Shown here: in pieces, positions 43,439-46,984 of the stretch
Layout: each line of letters begins with the position of its first letter
Position numbering within the stretch: the first letter of the stretch is position 1
UHGV virus genome: UHGV-0142121
Length of the DNA: 46,984 nucleotides
Direction: 5' to 3' (one strand)
DNA from: a virus
Notes under the pieces: generated by a model
Told to the model about the DNA's origin: nothing
The model's input: only the letters and a program-made list of their open reading frames with translations
The model's database searches: none
Position numbers and translations under genes: made by a program

Positions 43439-44620
43439 TCAAAGGACGTAGCGCTTTGCTATTTCGTTACCTATTTTTTGAATCCGCTGGTCTTCAGTGG
43501 TTTCATCATTTAGTACGGTTCTGGCGAACGGGATTAGGGCCAGAATTTCGTTGGCGGGGATATCGTATTTCAAGCCTGTCGCCGCGGCGCGGATGTAGTT
43601 GGTCACATCATTAATTTCTAAAAATGCCTCATCCACTACCTTACCAACCGATTTTTGCTGTTCGGCCTGGTGAGCTTCCAGTAGTTCTTCAATCCTCTGT
43701 ACTAACGCTGGCGATACGTTGCTAAGTTGGAAGGATACAGAATCCCCCTTGTACTTCGCTTTCATCCCTTTACCAAACAGGCGCTCACGCACTGCAGGTT
43801 TTACTGGCTTTTGCGCTACCTGGTGCAGCTGGTCAAGAATGTCATCAGTTTCGAGCTGTTCACCAGCGCGCTTGCGCTTGGCCAGATGCTGCGCAAACGC
43901 AAACATTGCATCTTCATTCTCGGCATAGACTTTTGCCAGTGCCTCACCAGCTCTGGCGCTCAGCTCGTTAGGGTTACGGAAAAGGCCAATGATTTCGCGT
44001 GGTAGCTCTGCCGTCTTCATGCAGCGGACGATAATTTTTCGGGAGATATTCTCCGCTTCGGCCAGCTTACTGACGGTACCACCGAACTCATTAGCCAGGC
44101 GGCGAGCATAGCGTTTTCCGCGTTCGTAAGAGCTGGTCTGCCGGTAGTCGTTCCCGATCTGTGATAGCCAGGCCATTTGTTCGTCGTCCAGCTCGCCGAC
44201 GAGAACGCGGTATTCAGAGCTGGTGTAAATGGCTGTCTGGCGGCGGCGGCTACCGTCGGCCACTTCAATGATGCCAGAAATTTTGCGGCCAAAAGCTGGG
44301 TTTTGTTGCCCGGATGCGAGGAATGATGGGATCAGGTCATCCAGGGCGTCTTTTGTCAGTAGAGCCTGGTCCCGCTCGTTGCCGCCCCATACCATGGTCG
44401 CCTTTTCCACCATGTTTGCATCGACGGTTTCCAGCTTAAACGACACATCCCGCCCACAGACCGGAAGGGTGATATGGTTCCCGGTCATCCCGCGGACGCG
44501 TTCGCTTAGGTTTGCCACCGCCGGCGCCGCTGGTTTATGCGCTTCATCATGTCGTGGGACCGCGGTCACAGTGTCCAGATTAATTTGCGGAGCGTTTTTC
44601 ATTACAGGCGCGCGTTTCAT
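43439..44620 (-). CDS. sopB: Partition protein SopB (ParB family), about 393 aa from ATG 44620
   Basis: N-terminal 230 aa closely match my recollection of F SopB (ITLPVCGRDV, NERDQ, DALDDLIPSF, RVLVGELDDEQMA, AENISRKII); start overlaps sopA stop (ATGA). Confidence 0.85.
   Translation of the reverse strand: MKRAPVMKNAPQINLDTVTAVPRHDEAHKPAAPAVANLSERVRGMTGNHITLPVCGRDVSFKLETVDANMVEKATMVWGGNERDQALLTKDALDDLIPSFLASGQQNPAFGRKISGIIEVADGSRRRQTAIYTSSEYRVLVGELDDEQMAWLSQIGNDYRQTSSYERGKRYARRLANEFGGTVSKLAEAENISRKIIVRCMKTAELPREIIGLFRNPNELSARAGEALAKVYAENEDAMFAFAQHLAKRKRAGEQLETDDILDQLHQVAQKPVKPAVRERLFGKGMKAKYKGDSVSFQLSNVSPALVQRIEELLEAHQAEQQKSVGKVVDEAFLEINDVTNYIRAAATGLKYDIPANEILALIPFARTVLNDETTEDQRIQKIGNEIAKRYVL
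44555..44570. repeat. Degenerate sopC-like site TGGGACCGCGGTCACA inside sopB 5' coding region (one mismatch)
   Basis: 15 of 16 match to the palindrome core. Confidence 0.3.
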
Positions 44621-45828
44621 TTGTTGTTCTCCCAGCGAGTAGCAATCAGGCGGTCGTAAATTTCCCGGCAAACAGGTTCCCAGATAGCGACAGCATTGCG
44701 CCATGCTGTAGGGGTGCTGCGTTGGTTTGCAGCCTGCTCAAACACGGTGCGCATGCGTACCTGGCCCTTACCTACTTCGTCGGTTACGCGGACAACCTCC
44801 TTCAGCACCATCCCGCCCCAGGCGTTGCGGATCTGTTCATCCATCCAGGCAGATTGGTTGCCGACGGCCGTGCTGTATTTAGTTACCAGAACGCGGACAT
44901 CAGGTTCAAAGCCACCAAGGTCCACGTTGGCCATCAGGTCGCGAAGCATTGTGAAGAACTGAAGAGAGGAAACGTAGTCATACAGTTCAGCTGGTGTAGG
45001 TACAACGATCACATCTGCTGCGCATACGACGTTTATTGTGCCGATGCCGAGGTTTGGTGCGCTATCAATGACAATCAGGTCGTAGCTATCCCAGACAGAC
45101 TCGATAGCGGCGCGCAGAAGCAGGTGAGATGCCACCGGCAAGCGGCCTTCTTTCTCCAGTACCTCGATCTCTGATTCGATGCGGTGAATGGCCAGGCAGG
45201 ACGGGATGATATCGAGGTTCGGCCAGCAGGTAGGCTTAATCGCGTATTCAGCGTTATCACGTTCGCCCAGGTAGTACGGCAGCAGCGTATCGTCTGCGTG
45301 GATATGCAGATCAGGGACGTAGCCGTGGTACAAGCTGGCGGTTGCTTGCGGGTCAGTCGCATCAATCAGCAGAACGCGAAGGCCCTGCAGTGCAGCCCAT
45401 TGAGCCATATGTACGCTGGTCGATGTTTTGTATGCGCCACCTTTATGCGCGGCAATAGCCAACACAACAGGCGATTGGCCTTCCGGACGAGACGGGCGGG
45501 TACCAAAGTGATCGCGCATAGAGTTGATTTGCTCGATGGTATAGCCGGCACGTTGTGGAACGCGACCGCGAGTCACCATATCAGCCGGCGGCAGTCGCCC
45601 ACCATCTTCTGCATTGCGAATAGATTGCGGTGTAACACCGATCAGTTCTGCCGCTTCAGTAATGCCCCAGCGACGAGTGATGGCGCGAGACTCTGGGCTA
45701 TCATCACCAAATTGAGCCTGCGCGATAGCCATTGTCATGGCATGGCCACGAGAAATCAGTTCATCCAAACGCGATTTTAAATTCACTTTCGTACTCTCCG
45801 GTAACTTTGCGTAAAAATAGTAAAACAC
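44617..45828 (-). CDS. sopA: Partition ATPase SopA (ParA family); probable start at GTG 45786 (389 aa) rather than the track start at 45828
   Basis: Near-collinear with my recollection of F SopA (AHKGGxYKTS Walker A, IIPSCLA, VIDSAPNLGIGTINVVCAADV, EPVCxEIxDRLI); GGAGAG ribosome-binding site before the 45786 GTG; CTTTGC-like motifs upstream. Confidence 0.85.
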   Translation of the reverse strand: MFYYFYAKLPESTKVNLKSRLDELISRGHAMTMAIAQAQFGDDSPESRAITRRWGITEAAELIGVTPQSIRNAEDGGRLPPADMVTRGRVPQRAGYTIEQINSMRDHFGTRPSRPEGQSPVVLAIAAHKGGAYKTSTSVHMAQWAALQGLRVLLIDATDPQATASLYHGYVPDLHIHADDTLLPYYLGERDNAEYAIKPTCWPNLDIIPSCLAIHRIESEIEVLEKEGRLPVASHLLLRAAIESVWDSYDLIVIDSAPNLGIGTINVVCAADVIVVPTPAELYDYVSSLQFFTMLRDLMANVDLGGFEPDVRVLVTKYSTAVGNQSAWMDEQIRNAWGGMVLKEVVRVTDEVGKGQVRMRTVFEQAANQRSTPTAWRNAVAIWEPVCREIYDRLIATRWENNK

Positions 45829-45924
45829 TATAAAAGACGCAAAGCAACATTAAAAAAGCAAATTTGTTTATGTGACGCATTAAAGAGAACTATCAACACT
45901 AAAAAGTTTATAGGACAGAGCTAG

Positions 45925-45964
45925 CCGTACGTAGGCCGTACAAACCACCCGTACAACGTACGGG
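45925..45964. repeat. CCGTAC direct repeats (45925, 45936, 45949) ending in palindrome CCCGTACAACGTACGGG, immediately upstream of the GNAT gene
   Basis: Three direct hexamers at roughly one-helical-turn spacing plus an inverted copy. Confidence 0.5.
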
Positions 45965-45965
45965 T

Positions 45966-46448
45966 TTGATTGACAGCGGGGATGACGTAATCAATAAGTT
46001 CATCCCGCAACTAAAGCGCCAGTGTGGCCGTGACAACATCAATGCATTGCTGTTGCTTGATGGGGATAAAAAACTATTCGGCTTTGCCACGGCCACCCTT
46101 TATCAGTTAGGACGGGATGGTATTCCGGAAGATACATATCCGTATGCACTACCACCCGCAATAGCGGTGATGAAAATCCCAATGATTGCCATCGATAAAC
46201 AACTACAAAGGCAAGGTTGGGGGCACGATTTATTGCGTGCAATCCTTGATTACAGCGTTGAGAGCGCTGATTTGGTGAAAGGCATTAAAGGTGTTTATCT
46301 TGATGCAAAAGTAGACGCTCGCTCGTTTTATGAGAGCTTTGAATTCAAAGCTCTCAGCGAAACGGTTAGCGAGAATGGCACTATCCCAATGCTCCTCCCT
46401 ATGGATGTCCTCCGGGAGAGCCGGAAAAACTGGGAGCAGTCCGCATAG
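45966..46448 (+). CDS. GNAT-family acetyltransferase-like protein, 160 aa, TTG start
   Basis: Acetyl-CoA motif Q-x-x-G-x-G (QRQGWGHDLL); no in-frame ATG in the N-terminal 70 codons; no antitoxin-sized partner ORF adjacent. Confidence 0.45.
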   Translation: MIDSGDDVINKFIPQLKRQCGRDNINALLLLDGDKKLFGFATATLYQLGRDGIPEDTYPYALPPAIAVMKIPMIAIDKQLQRQGWGHDLLRAILDYSVESADLVKGIKGVYLDAKVDARSFYESFEFKALSETVSENGTIPMLLPMDVLRESRKNWEQSA

Positions 46449-46478
46449 GCGTGGACGTAAAAGCCAGAACTCAATGAA

Positions 46479-46508
46479 AGAGCCACCGCGAGGTGGCTCT
46501 TTCTCTTC
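46479..46508 (+). terminator. Hairpin after the GNAT gene (terminator-like)
   Basis: 9-bp stem AGAGCCACC/GGTGGCTCT with GCGA loop, followed by TTCTCTTC. Confidence 0.4.
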
Positions 46509-46746
46509 TGAAGGGCGGCATATGACATGCAGCGCGAAGCGCTGTGGAAGCATAAAAAGGGGTTTTATAGAGGCAAAAGAGCCAAACTGGAAGATGGTTC
46601 AATAAACGTCAACACCTAACATAATGTTTTTCAATGATAATATAAGGAATTTCCGTTTAACTGTTGGAGAACAACAAGCATCATAACACGTGATTTTTTT
46701 ACTATTTTTTATTTTCATTCGATGAATGAATGAAAGCAAATAACAA

Positions 46747-46916
46747 CGTAACAAAATACGAATTTGAATTACAATAATTGAACACACTACCACGCCAATA
46801 AAATGACCAACCATAAAACCAATAGAACCTAATCAAACAAAATCATCGTAACACAATCTACAATTAATCATCGTAACAACATCCGAATGAATTAGCAGGG
46901 TGTATCATATCGTAAC
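46747..46916. promoter_or_regulatory. Telomere-flanking repeat array, right arm: ATCGTAAC at 46845, 46870, 46909 and CGTAAC at 46747, in AT-rich non-coding DNA
   Basis: Reverse complement of the GTTACGAT repeats next to the left telomere. Confidence 0.5.
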
Positions 46917-46930
46917 AATTATTGAATGAT

Positions 46931-46984
46931 TAACAGAACACATTATTAAATATACGCGCGTATATTTAATAATGTGTTCTGTTA
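46931..46984. repeat. Hairpin telomere, right end: 54-nt perfect palindrome (apex between 46957 and 46958)
   Basis: Reverse complement of 46931-46957 equals 46958-46984; shares the 40-nt core with the left-end palindrome, outer 7 nt differ. Confidence 0.85.

Noticed and set aside
46230-46605. ORFs 46230-46553 (-), 46328-46528 (-) and 46330-46605 (+) overlapping the GNAT gene 3' end and its terminator
   Set aside because: They overlap a better-supported gene or a terminator hairpin, lack ribosome-binding sites, and have low-complexity translations.
1-46984. Search for integrase, attP, transposase or IS elements, tRNA or rRNA genes, CRISPR arrays, reverse transcriptase
   Set aside because: None recognised by eye: no tyrosine or serine recombinase motifs, no terminal inverted repeats flanking a transposase-like ORF, no cloverleaf-like RNA, no regularly spaced 25-40 bp repeats. 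Absence of an integrase fits a linear plasmid prophage, but a computational scan (tRNAscan, ISfinder, HMMs) was not possible here.

Overview
The window is an essentially complete genome (about 46.9 kb) of an N15-family linear phage-plasmid: a temperate siphovirus-type phage that is maintained as a linear plasmid with covalently closed hairpin ends. Both window ends are 54-nt perfect palindromes with a TATACGCGCGTATA core, flanked on each arm by mirrored GTTACGAT repeats. Gene order left to right: telN protelomerase (+); a leftward repA operon (primase-helicase plus three small unknown genes); the cB repressor / cro switch; a long rightward early operon (RdgC, DEDDh exonuclease-Lar fusion, Ea22-like, Dam-like methyltransferase, many small unknowns); an SOS-box-controlled DinI-like module; a late region opening with a second DNA methyltransferase followed by holin and lysis genes; HNH endonuclease, cos, terminase, portal, S49 protease, major capsid, head-tail joining genes; lambda-like tail genes (G/GT frameshift, tape measure, M, L, K, I, J, tail fibre) interrupted by a lipoprotein moron; a LexA-box-controlled divergent dinI-like / umuD'-like pair; an F-type sopAB partition operon; and a GNAT acetyltransferase beside the right telomere. 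No rRNA, tRNA, CRISPR array, integrase or transposase was recognised. The most striking non-coding signal is a family of at least nine 18-bp F-sopC-like palindromes (TTGGGACCATGGTCCCAA) spaced every 3-6 kb across the genome, mostly at transcription-unit boundaries. Several unknown-function modules are flagged as candidate accessory systems, but none could be assigned a mechanism. All functional calls rest on motif-level recognition by eye; no database search or computation was run, and coordinates of non-coding features were counted by hand from ORF boundaries and may be off by a base or two.
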